Positions 13,046-22,168 of a stretch of DNA of 59,696 nucleotides are shown here, piece by piece. The notes under the pieces are model-generated. The model did not search any database. It saw only the letters and a program-made list of their open reading frames with translations, and was not told the DNA's origin. A program made the translations under genes and the position numbers. The DNA lies in NCBI GenBank assembly GCA_035717785.1, contig DASTIG010000133.1:1-59696 (forward strand), read 5' to 3'. Position 1 is the stretch's first letter. Every line of letters starts with the position of its first letter. The DNA is from Candidatus Limnocylindrales bacterium. Lineage in GTDB: Bacteria; Chloroflexota; Limnocylindria; Limnocylindrales; CSP1-4.

Positions 13046-13687
13046 CTAGGTCTTCGGTGAGGTCTTCCTCGGCGCGCTCTTGGACGTGGCCTTCGGCGCC
13101 GACACCTTCGCGGTCGACTTCGCGGCCGGCTTCTTCGACGCGGCGGACTTGGTCGCGGGGCGCGCCGGCTTCGCGGGAGCTGCCGTCTCCGCGGCGCCGG
13201 CCGCGGCGGCCTTCGCCGCGGCGGCTTCCGCCCGTGCCGTCTTGCTCAGCGCGGCGCGGGCCTTGCCGGCGGCCGTCTGTGCGCCCTTGGCCTTGGTCGA
13301 CTTGCCGGCGGCGATGCGCGCCTTGGCGGCCTTCGCCGCGGCCGCCTTGCCGGTCTGCTTCGTGACCTTGCCGGCGGTGCCGACCGTCGCTCCACCCAAT
13401 GCGGCGTTGATCTTGACCGCCAGCCGGGACTTGCGGCGAGCCGCGGCGTTCGGGTGGATCGCGCCGGCCTTGGCGGCTCGATCGAGAGCGGACAGGGCCG
13501 CGGTCAGAGCCGCGGTCGCGGTCTCGACGTCGGTCGATGCTTCGACCGTGCTGAGGGCCTTTGCGACGTAGGTCTTCGCGGCGGTGCGCCGCGGGCCAAG
13601 CACCTCGTGGCGGCGATTCGCCTGCCGGACGCGCTTGAGACCCGACGGTGTACGAGCGCCCGACCAGGTGCGGGGCGTCTTGGCCAA
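13046..13687 (-). CDS. rpsT: 30S ribosomal protein S20 with a ~116-aa Ala/Lys-rich C-terminal extension
   Basis: TTG start at 13687 with GAGAGG 8 nt upstream. S20 core LKRVRQANRRHE....RRTAAKTYVAKA....DRAAKAGAIHPNAAARRKSRLAVKINAAL. Then GKAAAAKAAKARIAAGKSTKAKGAQTAAGKARA...KKPAAKSTAKVSAPKATSKSAPRKTSPKT. The track ORF start at 13834 is rejected. Confidence 0.85.
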   Translation of the reverse strand: MAKTPRTWSGARTPSGLKRVRQANRRHEVLGPRRTAAKTYVAKALSTVEASTDVETATAALTAALSALDRAAKAGAIHPNAAARRKSRLAVKINAALGGATVGTAGKVTKQTGKAAAAKAAKARIAAGKSTKAKGAQTAAGKARAALSKTARAEAAAAKAAAAGAAETAAPAKPARPATKSAASKKPAAKSTAKVSAPKATSKSAPRKTSPKT

Positions 13688-13775
13688 GGGAAACCTCTCG
13701 GAGCGTAGATGTGGTGGGGACTTGGTCGCAGCGAGGGCGCGGTGTGAGCGCCCGACGCGGAGGCGGATGCTACCA

Positions 13776-13781
13776 CAGGCC
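13776..13781 (-). promoter_or_regulatory. Candidate extended -10 (TGGTAGCAT) for rpsT
   Basis: The minus strand reads ...cctgTGGTAGCATccgcc about 90 nt upstream of the TTG start. No convincing -35. Confidence 0.3.
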
Positions 13782-13853
13782 TCCGGCCGGTACGGTGGGC
13801 AGCTGGTTGCCTCGATGAGACGCAGGGCGGGCACGTCGCCTGGCCGGCAAGCG

Positions 13854-14024
13854 ATTTCTGTCAGCTGCTCATCACGCGGTCACTGGTCTCGAAAGTCGTG
13901 ACAGATGTCAGGCTGATGAGCCGATCGACGGGAATCTGGACGGTCTCAGGCCAGGCCGTGCACGAGCCTTCGATGCTGCGGTCTCGGGGCCTGACGAACG
14001 ACAGCCTTGGGAGCGTTTGTCAGT
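13854..14024 (+). other. Non-coding element copy A, paralogous to 22061-22138
   Basis: 28-nt core ATTTCTGTCAGCTGCTCATCACGCGGTC (13854-13881) is 26/28 identical to 22061-22088. Shared TGACAGATG (13899-13907) sits at the same offset. Shared CGTTTGTCAGT (14014-14024). Lies between divergent rpsT and DUF1905-lepA. Confidence 0.7.
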
Positions 14025-14075
14025 TTCGGCATACCGGTCGGTCTCCGCTCGTCGTCCGGGCTACACTCCCGCCTC

Positions 14076-14375
14076 GTGACCACTCCCCTGGACGCAACGT
14101 TCACTGGCGAGCTCTGGTATTGGCGAGGCCCGGCGCCGTTCCATTTCGTCTCCGTCCCGGACGACGTATCTGCCGCGATCCATGCCGTGTCGGCCGTCGT
14201 GAGCTATGGCTGGGGAGTGATCCCGGTCCGCGCCAGCGTTGGCGATACCACCTGGGACACATCGCTGTTCCCCAAGGACGGCCGCTACCTCGTGCCGATC
14301 AAGGACGCCGTCCGCAGATCCGAGCGACTTGCCGATGGCGATGCCGTCACCGTTCAGTTGGTCATCCGTCCGTGA
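14076..14375 (+). CDS. DUF1905 domain protein
   Basis: [18 protein letters not shown].......GWGVIPV.ASVG...[15 protein letters not shown]...R....L.DGD.V.V.L pattern. GTG at 14076 preferred over the track ATG at 14007. Stop overlaps the lepA GTG. Confidence 0.65.
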   Translation: MTTPLDATFTGELWYWRGPAPFHFVSVPDDVSAAIHAVSAVVSYGWGVIPVRASVGDTTWDTSLFPKDGRYLVPIKDAVRRSERLADGDAVTVQLVIRP

Positions 14376-16183
14376 CCATCCCCCAGGAACGTCTGCGGAA
14401 TTTCTCGATCATCGCCCATATCGATCATGGGAAGTCGACGCTGGCCGATCGATTGCTCGAGCTGACGCACACGATCGACGCCCGCCAGATGACGAGTCAG
14501 GTCCTCGATTCGATGGATCTCGAGCGCGAGAAGGGCATCACGATCAAGGCCCGGGCCGTCCGGCTCGAGTACACCGCCAAGGATGGCAGGATCTACGGCC
14601 TCAACCTGATCGACACGCCCGGTCACGTCGACTTCGCGTACGAGGTCAGCCACAGCCTGCAGGCGTGCGAAGGCGCGATCCTCGTCGTCGATGCGACCCA
14701 GGGCATCGAGGCGCAGACGCTCGCCAACGTCCACCTCGCCCTACGCGAGAACCTCACGCTCATCCCTGTCCTCAACAAGATCGACCTGCCTTCGGCCGAC
14801 CCGGACACCATCATCGACGAGCTCGAGAACGTGTTGGCGATCCCGCGCGAGGAAGTCATCCTCGCCAGCGCCAAGGACGGAACCGGCGTCATCGACATCC
14901 TCGAGGCCATCGTCGAACGGATCCCGGCGCCGGCCGGCGATCCTGCGGCCCCGGTCCAGGGTCTGATCTTCGACAGCCACTACGACGCCTACAAGGGCGT
15001 CATCGTCTACGTCCGGCTCGAGCAGGGCACGCTCAAGGACACGGAGCCGATTCGCCTCATGGCCAGCGGCGCGGTCGCGGAACCGTTGGAGCTCGGCGTC
15101 TTCCGACCGCAGCTCGTGCCGGTCAAGCAGCTCAGCGCCGGCGAGGTGGGCTACGTCGCGACCGGTCTGAAAAACGTCCGCGAGGCACAGGTCGGCGACA
15201 CCGTCACGACGCAGGCACGACCGGCGACCGCGCCCCTCCCCGGATACCAGGCGGCCAAGAGCCTCGTGTTCGCCGGCATCTATCCCGTCAGTGGCGAGGA
15301 CTACCCGATGCTGCGCGAAGCACTAGACAAGCTGCACCTCAACGACGCGAGCTTCACGTTCGAGCCCGAGAGCTCGGTCGCGCTGGGGTTCGGGTTCCGA
15401 TGCGGGTTCCTGGGGCTGCTCCACATGGAGATCGTCCAGGAACGGCTGGAGCGGGAGTTCGATCTCGACCTCATCGCGTCGGCGCCGTCGGTCGAGTACC
15501 ACGTCCAGCTACAGCACGGTAGGGGCACCGTCGTTGTCGACAACCCGGCCCTGCTGCCGAACCCATCCGACATCGAGTCGATCGAAGAGCCCTGGGTAAC
15601 CCTCAGCGTCGTGTCACCCAGCGCGTATATCGGCTCGATCATGGAGCTCTCGACGAACCGGCGCGGCACGTTCGTCAACATGGAGTACCTCGACCCGACC
15701 CGGGTCGTGCTCCATTTCGAGATGCCGCTCGCCGAGCTGATCGTCGACTACTTCGACCAGTTGAAGAGCCGCAGCCAGGGCTACGCGTCGATGGACTATG
15801 AGGAGCTCGGCTATCGACCGGCCGACCTCGTCAAGGTCGACATCCTCGTCAACAGCGAGCCGGTCGACGCCCTCAGCCTCATCGTGCACCGCGCTCGTGC
15901 CCAGTCCACGGGCCGCGCCCTGGCCGAGCGCCTGAAGGAATTGATCCCGCGCCAGATGTTCGAGATCCCGATCCAGGCGGCGATCGGCAGCAACGTCATC
16001 GCCCGGGAGTCGGTCCGGGCCATGCGCAAGAACGTGTTGGCCAAGTGTTACGGTGGCGACATCACGCGCAAACGGAAGCTGCTCGAAAAGCAGAAAGAGG
16101 GCAAGCAGCGGATGAAGCGCGTCGGGTCGGTCGAGATCCCGCAGGAGGCATTCCTGGCGATGCTCCGCATGGACGAGGGCTGA
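14372..16183 (+). CDS. lepA: Translation elongation factor 4 (LepA)
   Basis: [36 protein letters not shown]-terminal LepA motif [25 protein letters not shown]-like. GTG at 14372 gives 603 aa. The 158-aa N-terminal extension in the track ORF is rejected. Confidence 0.95.
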   Translation: MTIPQERLRNFSIIAHIDHGKSTLADRLLELTHTIDARQMTSQVLDSMDLEREKGITIKARAVRLEYTAKDGRIYGLNLIDTPGHVDFAYEVSHSLQACEGAILVVDATQGIEAQTLANVHLALRENLTLIPVLNKIDLPSADPDTIIDELENVLAIPREEVILASAKDGTGVIDILEAIVERIPAPAGDPAAPVQGLIFDSHYDAYKGVIVYVRLEQGTLKDTEPIRLMASGAVAEPLELGVFRPQLVPVKQLSAGEVGYVATGLKNVREAQVGDTVTTQARPATAPLPGYQAAKSLVFAGIYPVSGEDYPMLREALDKLHLNDASFTFEPESSVALGFGFRCGFLGLLHMEIVQERLEREFDLDLIASAPSVEYHVQLQHGRGTVVVDNPALLPNPSDIESIEEPWVTLSVVSPSAYIGSIMELSTNRRGTFVNMEYLDPTRVVLHFEMPLAELIVDYFDQLKSRSQGYASMDYEELGYRPADLVKVDILVNSEPVDALSLIVHRARAQSTGRALAERLKELIPRQMFEIPIQAAIGSNVIARESVRAMRKNVLAKCYGGDITRKRKLLEKQKEGKQRMKRVGSVEIPQEAFLAMLRMDEG

Positions 16184-16189
16184 GCGTTC

Positions 16190-16960
16190 GTGGAGGAGCT
16201 CTTCGACGTCTCGCGCGGGCTGATCGTCGTCGGCCTCACGATGCTGCTCGTGCTGCTCCGCCTCGACGCGGAGCGGTTCGGGACGGCCGAGTACTACGAG
16301 TCGACGAGGGACGGCGAGCGGCCACGGGTCCGCAGGCGCCTCGCCTGGTACGGGCTGGGTGCCGGGATCGTCGTGGCGATCGCGTACATCCACCCCGCGC
16401 CTCAAGCGGACCTGTTCCTCGGGACGGGCGACCGGCTCGGGGCCGTCATGGGCGGCCTGATCTTCGCTGGACTGGGCGTGGCGCAGGCTTTGGCGTTCGC
16501 GACCCTCCGCTACCAGCGCATCCGCTTCCCGGACATCGGCTCGTACCCGGGCGCGCTGCTCAACTCGACCGCGACCGCGTTCATCGACGAGGCCACGTTC
16601 CGTGGCGCGATCTTCGGGACGCTGCTGACGCTCGGCCTCGAGGCGAACCTCGCTAACGTCATGCAGGCGCTCCTCTATACGTTGACGACGCGGCTGGGCG
16701 CCCCGGGACGGGACCGCTACCTGCTGGTCCTGACGCTCGCGATCGGCCTCATCGGTGGCTGGCTGACCGCCGTGACGGGCGGCATCGCGGCCGCGTTCCT
16801 CGGCCACGCCGCGACCCGTTTCGCTGTGTTCCTGGCCACCGGCCACACCGGACAGACCTTGCCGAAGGGCCGCGAGGCGGAGGAGATCGACCGCCGTCGC
16901 CGACCTCCTGAGGGCTGGCGCGTCATCGGGACCCGGGAGTCCGCTCAGCGGGATCGGTGA
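16190..16960 (+). CDS. CPBP-family (CAAX/Abi-like) intramembrane protease homologue
   Basis: Multi-TM protein with FIDEATFRGAIFG (EExxxR-like motif 1) and a later FLGHAATRF His motif. The middle FxxxH motif is not obvious. Confidence 0.5.
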   Translation: MEELFDVSRGLIVVGLTMLLVLLRLDAERFGTAEYYESTRDGERPRVRRRLAWYGLGAGIVVAIAYIHPAPQADLFLGTGDRLGAVMGGLIFAGLGVAQALAFATLRYQRIRFPDIGSYPGALLNSTATAFIDEATFRGAIFGTLLTLGLEANLANVMQALLYTLTTRLGAPGRDRYLLVLTLAIGLIGGWLTAVTGGIAAAFLGHAATRFAVFLATGHTGQTLPKGREAEEIDRRRRPPEGWRVIGTRESAQRDR

Positions 16961-18195
16961 CAGTGACAGGGACGCCGGCCCCGCGTCCCCCGGTCGCGCT
17001 CTACATCCACGTGCCGTTCTGCGTGTCGCTGTGTCCGTACTGCGACTTCGTCGTCATCGCAGGATCGGCGGCACGCGGGCCGCGCAGCCGGATCGCTCAG
17101 TTCCTCGACGCGCTCCTTGTCGAGATCGACCTGCGCGCCGATGCCCTCGACCGGAGGTTCGGTGAGCCGGGCACGCGCCGACGGCCGCCGCTCTCGACGG
17201 TCTATCTCGGCGGCGGCACGCCGTCCCTCTTGCCGCCTGACGAGATCGAGCGGATCCTCACCCGGGTCCGTGAGCGCTTCGGGATCGCCGAGCATGCCGA
17301 GATCACGATCGAGTCGAACCCCGGGCCTGACGAGCGAGGCGACCCGGCGGCTCTGCGCCGCGCCGGCGTCACGCGCATCTCGTTCGGTGCCCAGTCCTTC
17401 GACGACACCGAGCTGCGCAAGCTCGGGCGCCGCCATCGGGCGCGCCACGTGGCCGAGGCCGTTGCCGGCGCACGGGAGGCGGGCATCACGTCGATCAACG
17501 TCGATCTGCTGTACGACATCCCGGACACCGGCCTGCCGACGTGGATGACGACGCTCGATGTGGCACTCGCGCTCGAGCCCGACCACCTCTCGCTGTATGC
17601 GCTGTCGCTCGACGACCCCGTCGCCGAAGGCCTGACCGGACCGAACGGCGACCACCTACCGACCACCAAGGGCGCGCGTCGCTGGCGTGACGCGGTCAAG
17701 CCCGGACAGGACGAGGATCGCGCGGCCGGCCAGTATCACTACGCCGCGCTCGCGCTGGCCGACGCCGGCTATCGCGGCTACGAGATCTCGAACTGGGCGC
17801 GGCGGGGCCACGAGAGCCAGCACAACCTGGCGTACTGGCAGCGCCGGCCGAACGAGGCGGTCGGGCCCGGGGCACACGCGTTCGATGGGATCGCGCGGCG
17901 CTGGACGGCGGCCCGCCTCGACCTCTACGTGGCGGCCCTGGGTGGAGCGGCGCCGACGCTCCCACCGGGCGGCGTGGACGTGCTCGACGACGCGACCGGG
18001 GTGGCCGAGGCGGTCATCCTCGGGCTCCGTCTGGACACCGGCGTCCCGCTCGCCACGGCCCACGAGCCGCCGCTCGCCGACGCATTCGGCTGGGCCCTTG
18101 CCGCGGAGCTCCTGACCGTCACGCCGCAGGACCGGGTGGTCCTGACGACCCGTGGCCGTCTCCTGTCGAACGAGCTCTTCTCGCGCCTCGTGTAG
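16957..18195 (+). CDS. hemW: Radical SAM heme chaperone HemW (HemN-like, oxygen-independent coproporphyrinogen oxidase family)
   Basis: LYIHVPFCVSLCPYCDF radical-SAM triad, YLGGGTPS, ISFGAQSF. GTGA overlap with the upstream gene. Conserved lepA-hemW-hrcA order. Confidence 0.88.
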   Translation: MTVTGTPAPRPPVALYIHVPFCVSLCPYCDFVVIAGSAARGPRSRIAQFLDALLVEIDLRADALDRRFGEPGTRRRPPLSTVYLGGGTPSLLPPDEIERILTRVRERFGIAEHAEITIESNPGPDERGDPAALRRAGVTRISFGAQSFDDTELRKLGRRHRARHVAEAVAGAREAGITSINVDLLYDIPDTGLPTWMTTLDVALALEPDHLSLYALSLDDPVAEGLTGPNGDHLPTTKGARRWRDAVKPGQDEDRAAGQYHYAALALADAGYRGYEISNWARRGHESQHNLAYWQRRPNEAVGPGAHAFDGIARRWTAARLDLYVAALGGAAPTLPPGGVDVLDDATGVAEAVILGLRLDTGVPLATAHEPPLADAFGWALAAELLTVTPQDRVVLTTRGRLLSNELFSRLV

Positions 18196-18209
18196 GCCCG
18201 CCGCCCGCG

Positions 18210-18239
18210 TTGACACTCGGCTCGGGCGACTGCTACGAT
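18210..18239 (+). promoter_or_regulatory. Sigma-70-type promoter of the hrcA-grpE-dnaK operon
   Basis: TTGACA (18210-18215), 18-nt spacer, TACGAT (18234-18239). CIRCE begins 14 nt downstream. Confidence 0.7.
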
Positions 18240-18252
18240 GCCTCCACGCACG

Positions 18253-18279
18253 TTAGCACTCTCACCCATCGAGTGCTAA
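18253..18279 (+). promoter_or_regulatory. CIRCE operator (HrcA binding site)
   Basis: Perfect TTAGCACTC-N9-GAGTGCTAA read directly, 20 nt upstream of the hrcA start. Confidence 0.95.
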
Positions 18280-18298
18280 CTACCACGGGAGAACGAGT

Positions 18299-19369
18299 TT
18301 GGCGCGTAGAGCACGCCGTCCACTCGGCCCGTTGGACCTCCGCTCCCAGGCGATCCTCCGGGCCGTCATCGAGGAATACGTCACATCGGCACAGCCGGTC
18401 GGCAGCCAGGCGCTCGTCGAGCGCTACGGCCTTGGTGTGTCGAGCGCCACCGTGCGCAACATCCTCGCCGAGCTGGAGAGCGCCGGCCTGCTGACGCATC
18501 CGCACACGAGTGCCGGTCGGATGCCGACTGACGCCGGGTACCGCTTCTACGTCGAGACGATCGTGGATGCGGCGCCGCTGTCGGCGGTCGAGCAGCTGAT
18601 GATCCGCCACCAGTTCGGCCAGGTGGAGTTCGCCAGCGAGCATTGGTTCCGGCTCGCCGCGACGACGCTCGCCGGGCTGACAAGGTCGGCCGGACTCGCC
18701 ACGCCCGCCAAGCCGAGCGCGGCCCACATCCGGCGGGTCGACCTGGTCGCCGTCAACGAGCGGATGGCGAGCCTCATCCTCGTGCTCCGCGAAGGCGCGA
18801 TCAAGCAGGCGACGGTCCCGCTCGACGAGGACGACGCCATCGACCAGGCGACGCTCAACCGGGTCGCCGGTCTCCTGAACGAGCACCTGGTCGACGCGAC
18901 CGCGACGACGGCCGGATCGACGCTGTCCAAGCTCGACGAGGGCGAGCCAATCCAGCGGACGGCACGCAAGGTTGGGGAGCGCATCATCCGGATCCTCGAT
19001 GACTACGACGCGGCCGCGGTCGAGGAGGTGTTCTCGGACGGGCTCCTCAACGTCATGGAAGCCCCCGAGTTCGCCCAGAGCGACAAGCTGCGGCAGGTCT
19101 TCACGGCCCTCGAGAACCGCGCCTACCTCGGCGAGCTCGTCGGAAGCGTCGCGGGGTCGAGTCGGGTCCGGGTGCTGATCGGCGCCGAGAACCCGCGCGA
19201 GGAGATGCACCACGTCTCGCTCGTCCTTGCGCCGTACGGCCGTCCCGGCCGCGCGCTGGGCGTCGTGGGAGTGCTCGGTCCAACGCGCATGAGCTATCGA
19301 CACGCGATCGGCACGGTGCGCTTCGTGTCCGGTCTGATGAATGAACTGGTGGATCACCTCTATGCCTGA
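18299..19369 (+). CDS. hrcA: Heat-inducible transcriptional repressor HrcA
   Basis: ILRAVIEEYV....PVGS..L......GVSSATVRN....LE..GLL.HPHTSAGR.PT..GYR.YV. TTG start with GGGAGAA RBS. Confidence 0.93.
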   Translation: MARRARRPLGPLDLRSQAILRAVIEEYVTSAQPVGSQALVERYGLGVSSATVRNILAELESAGLLTHPHTSAGRMPTDAGYRFYVETIVDAAPLSAVEQLMIRHQFGQVEFASEHWFRLAATTLAGLTRSAGLATPAKPSAAHIRRVDLVAVNERMASLILVLREGAIKQATVPLDEDDAIDQATLNRVAGLLNEHLVDATATTAGSTLSKLDEGEPIQRTARKVGERIIRILDDYDAAAVEEVFSDGLLNVMEAPEFAQSDKLRQVFTALENRAYLGELVGSVAGSSRVRVLIGAENPREEMHHVSLVLAPYGRPGRALGVVGVLGPTRMSYRHAIGTVRFVSGLMNELVDHLYA

Positions 19370-19961
19370 ACAGCGACCCGTGCCTGAACAACGACATCGC
19401 ACACGTGCCGAAGAGCGTGCCGAGGACATCGACATCCGCCCGACCAAGCTGCTTGCCGAGATCGACGGTCTCAAGGCTGAGCTGGCCACTGCATCGACCC
19501 AAGCGGACGACTACCTCGCGGCGCTCCAGCGCGAGCGCGCGGAATTCCTCAACTTCAAGCGCCGGACCGCCGAAGAGCGCGAGCGCGAGATCGGGCTGGC
19601 CGGTGAGGACCTCATACGCAAGGTGCTGGCGCTGGCCGACGATTTCGACCGCGCGATCGATGCCCGACCGGACTCGGTCGCGACGGATCCGTGGTTTCAG
19701 GGCGTCGCCGCGATCGACCGGAAGCTCCGGATGCTGCTCGACAGCGAGGGCGTGAGCCCGATCGACGCCGAGCCCGGCACCACCTTCGACCCGCGTCAGC
19801 ACGAGGCCATCGCCACCGTCCCCGGCACCGGCCGGCCGGAGGGCGAGATCGTCGAGCAGGTCCGGCGTGGCTATCGACTCCGCGACCGCGTCCTGCGGCC
19901 GGCCCTCGTGGCCGTCGCCGCGGCACCCGAACCTACACCCACCAACGAACTACCAAACTGA
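19362..19961 (+). CDS. grpE: Nucleotide exchange factor GrpE
   Basis: [43 protein letters not shown] at 19362 (ATGCCTGA overlap with the hrcA stop) preferred over 19341. Confidence 0.9.
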   Translation: MPEQRPVPEQRHRTRAEERAEDIDIRPTKLLAEIDGLKAELATASTQADDYLAALQRERAEFLNFKRRTAEEREREIGLAGEDLIRKVLALADDFDRAIDARPDSVATDPWFQGVAAIDRKLRMLLDSEGVSPIDAEPGTTFDPRQHEAIATVPGTGRPEGEIVEQVRRGYRLRDRVLRPALVAVAAAPEPTPTNELPN

Positions 19962-19993
19962 CACCAGATCCGAGCGAGGAGCAGACACAGACC

Positions 19994-21943
19994 ATGGGCA
20001 AGATCATCGGCATCGACCTCGGCACGACGAACTCCGTCGTCGCCGTCATGGAGGGCGGCGAACCGACCGTCATCGCGTCGGCGGAGGGTGGGCGGACCAT
20101 CCCGAGCGTCGTCGCATTCACGAAGACCGGCGAGCGGCTGGTCGGCCAGCTGGCCAAGCGCCAGGCCGTCACCAACCCCGGCAACACCGTGTTCTCGATC
20201 AAGCGCTTCATGGGTCGTCGATTCGATGACCCTGAGACCAAGCGCTCGCGCGAACTCGTGCCGTACACGGTCGAGAAGGATCCCAAGTCAGACGGCGTGG
20301 CCGTGAAGCTGGCCGACGGCAAGGTCTACACCCCGCCCGAGATCAGCGCGATGATCCTGCAGAAGCTCAAGACCGATGCGGAGGCGTACCTCGGCGAGAA
20401 GGTGACCGAGGCGGTCATCACGGTCCCCGCCTATTTCGACGACACGCAGCGCCAGGCGACCAAGGACGCCGGCCGAATCGCGGGTCTCGACGTCAAGCGG
20501 ATCATCAACGAGCCGACCGCGTCGGCCCTCGCCTACGGTCTCGACAAGAAGCACGACGAGAAGATCGCCGTCTACGACCTGGGCGGTGGCACGTTCGACA
20601 TCTCGATCCTGGAACTCGGTGAGGGTGTCTTCGAGGTCAAGGCCACCAACGGCGACACACACCTGGGCGGTGACGACTTCGACCAGCGTGTCATCGAGTG
20701 GCTACTGACCGAGTTCAAGAAGGACCAGGGCATCGACCTGTCGAAGGACCAGCAGGCCCTCCAGCGCCTCAAGGAGGCTGCCGAGAAGGCCAAGATCGAG
20801 CTGTCGTCCACCGCGACGACCGAGATCAACCTGCCGTACATCACCGCCGACGCCTCCGGGCCGAAGCACCTCGTCGTCTCGCTGACACGGGCCAAGCTCG
20901 AGGACCTCGTCGACGACCTCGTCGCGAAGACCGCGGACCCGGTCAAGGACGCCCTCAAGGACGCGGGCCTGAAGCCCGCCGACATCGATGAGGTGATCCT
21001 GGTCGGCGGCATGACCCGCATGCCGGCGGTCGTCGAGGCGGTCAAGAAGCTTTTCGACGGGAAAGAGCCGCACAAGGGAGTCAACCCGGACGAGGTCGTC
21101 GCCATCGGTGCCGCCATCCAGGCCGGTGTGCTCGCCGGTGACGTCAAGGACGTGCTGCTGCTCGACGTGACGCCGCTGTCGCTCGGCATCGAAACGCTCG
21201 GCGGCGTGATGACCAGGCTCATCGAGCGCAACACGACGATCCCGACGTCGAAGTCGCAGGTCTTCTCGACCGCATCCGATTCGCAGTCGCAGGTCGAGAT
21301 CCACGTCCTCCAGGGCGAGCGCGACTTCGCGACCGACAACAAGACGCTCGGCCGGTTCATCCTCGACGGGATCCCGCCCGCCCCGCGCGGCGTGCCCCAG
21401 ATCGAGGTCACGTTCGACATCGATGCGAACGGGATCCTAGACGTGAAGGCCAAGGACCGAGCGACCGGCAAGGAACAGCAGGTGCGGATCACCGCATCCT
21501 CGATGCTGGCCAAGGACGCAGTGGATCAGATGGTCCGCGACGCTGCCGATCACGCCGACGAGGACAAGAAGCGGCGCGAAGAGGTCGAGACCCGGAACCA
21601 GGCCGAGTCGCTGACGTTCCAGGCCGAGCGCACGCTCAAGGACCTGGGCGACAAGGTGTCGTCCGAGGACAAGCTCGAGGTCGAGAACCAGGTCGCGTCG
21701 CTGCGCGAGGCCCTGAAGGGCTCCGACGTGGACGCGATCCGATCCGGGATGACGTCCCTCGCCGAGACCCTGAACCGTGTCTCGACCGCGGCCTATCAGG
21801 CCTCGGCCTCCGAGGCCGACGCCACGAACGGGTCGAGCGACGACGGCGAGGGGGCTGACGGTTCCGGCGAGGCAGGTGCCGCGGATGGCACTGCCGAAGG
21901 CGAGGGCGAAGAGGCAGTCGAGGGCGAGTTCAAGGAGGTCTAG
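19994..21943 (+). CDS. dnaK: Molecular chaperone DnaK (Hsp70)
   Basis: [37 protein letters not shown], acidic G/E-rich C-terminus. The track ORF start at 19691 is rejected. Confidence 0.97.
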   Translation: MGKIIGIDLGTTNSVVAVMEGGEPTVIASAEGGRTIPSVVAFTKTGERLVGQLAKRQAVTNPGNTVFSIKRFMGRRFDDPETKRSRELVPYTVEKDPKSDGVAVKLADGKVYTPPEISAMILQKLKTDAEAYLGEKVTEAVITVPAYFDDTQRQATKDAGRIAGLDVKRIINEPTASALAYGLDKKHDEKIAVYDLGGGTFDISILELGEGVFEVKATNGDTHLGGDDFDQRVIEWLLTEFKKDQGIDLSKDQQALQRLKEAAEKAKIELSSTATTEINLPYITADASGPKHLVVSLTRAKLEDLVDDLVAKTADPVKDALKDAGLKPADIDEVILVGGMTRMPAVVEAVKKLFDGKEPHKGVNPDEVVAIGAAIQAGVLAGDVKDVLLLDVTPLSLGIETLGGVMTRLIERNTTIPTSKSQVFSTASDSQSQVEIHVLQGERDFATDNKTLGRFILDGIPPAPRGVPQIEVTFDIDANGILDVKAKDRATGKEQQVRITASSMLAKDAVDQMVRDAADHADEDKKRREEVETRNQAESLTFQAERTLKDLGDKVSSEDKLEVENQVASLREALKGSDVDAIRSGMTSLAETLNRVSTAAYQASASEADATNGSSDDGEGADGSGEAGAADGTAEGEGEEAVEGEFKEV

Positions 21944-21975
21944 GCCTCCCTTGGTCCCTCGCAGATTCCAATAGC

Positions 21976-22007
21976 GGCCGCCCCGGCTCCACCAAGCCGG
22001 GGCGGCC
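21976..22007. terminator. Strong hairpin terminator after dnaK
   Basis: GGCCGCCCCGGC (21976-21987), loop TCCACCAA, GCCGGGGCGGCC (21996-22007): perfect 12-bp stem, followed by ACTTTCATTC. Confidence 0.75.
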
Positions 22008-22060
22008 ACTTTCATTCAGGTGCGTTTCACATGCGCCGAATTCGGAGGCCTCCTTACCCC

Positions 22061-22138
22061 ATTTCTGTCAGATGCTCATCAGGCGGTCGTTCGTCGGCTG
22101 CAGCTGACAGATGGTCGTTCCATGGACCGTTTGTCAGT
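22061..22138 (+). other. Non-coding element copy B, paralogous to 13854-14024
   Basis: Core ATTTCTGTCAGATGCTCATCAGGCGGTC (22061-22088), TGACAGATG (22105-22113), CGTTTGTCAGT (22128-22138). TCTGTCAG and CTGACAGA form an 8-bp inverted repeat. Sits between the dnaK terminator and the 3' end of the XRE gene. Confidence 0.7.
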
Positions 22139-22168
22139 CCTGCGTGGTGCCGCGGTGCGAGGCCGAGT

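Noticed and set aside
13913-13940. CUGAUGAG followed by a short hairpin and GAA looked like a hammerhead ribozyme core.
   Set aside because: Stem II cannot close with the required 10.1-11.1 pair directly after CUGAUGA. The GAA is followed by U instead of the essential A15.1. No matching stem I/III or cleavage-site UH could be built. Copy B of the element lacks the motif in this orientation.
13898-14371. The track ORF extends lepA 158 aa upstream.
   Set aside because: The extension overlaps the DUF1905 gene in another frame and is Arg/Pro-rich. The conserved LepA N-terminus ([15 protein letters not shown]) begins right after the GTG at 14372.
13854-22138. The two same-orientation copies of the 28-nt core could be attL/attR-type direct repeats bracketing a mobile segment.
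   Set aside because: The bracketed 8.2 kb holds only core housekeeping genes (lepA, hemW, hrcA, grpE, dnaK). No integrase, recombinase or tRNA target is present in the window.
22121-22140. TGGACCGTTTGTC looked a little like a sigma-54 -24/-12 element.
   Set aside because: The GG-N10-GC spacing is not satisfied, and there is no downstream plus-strand gene.
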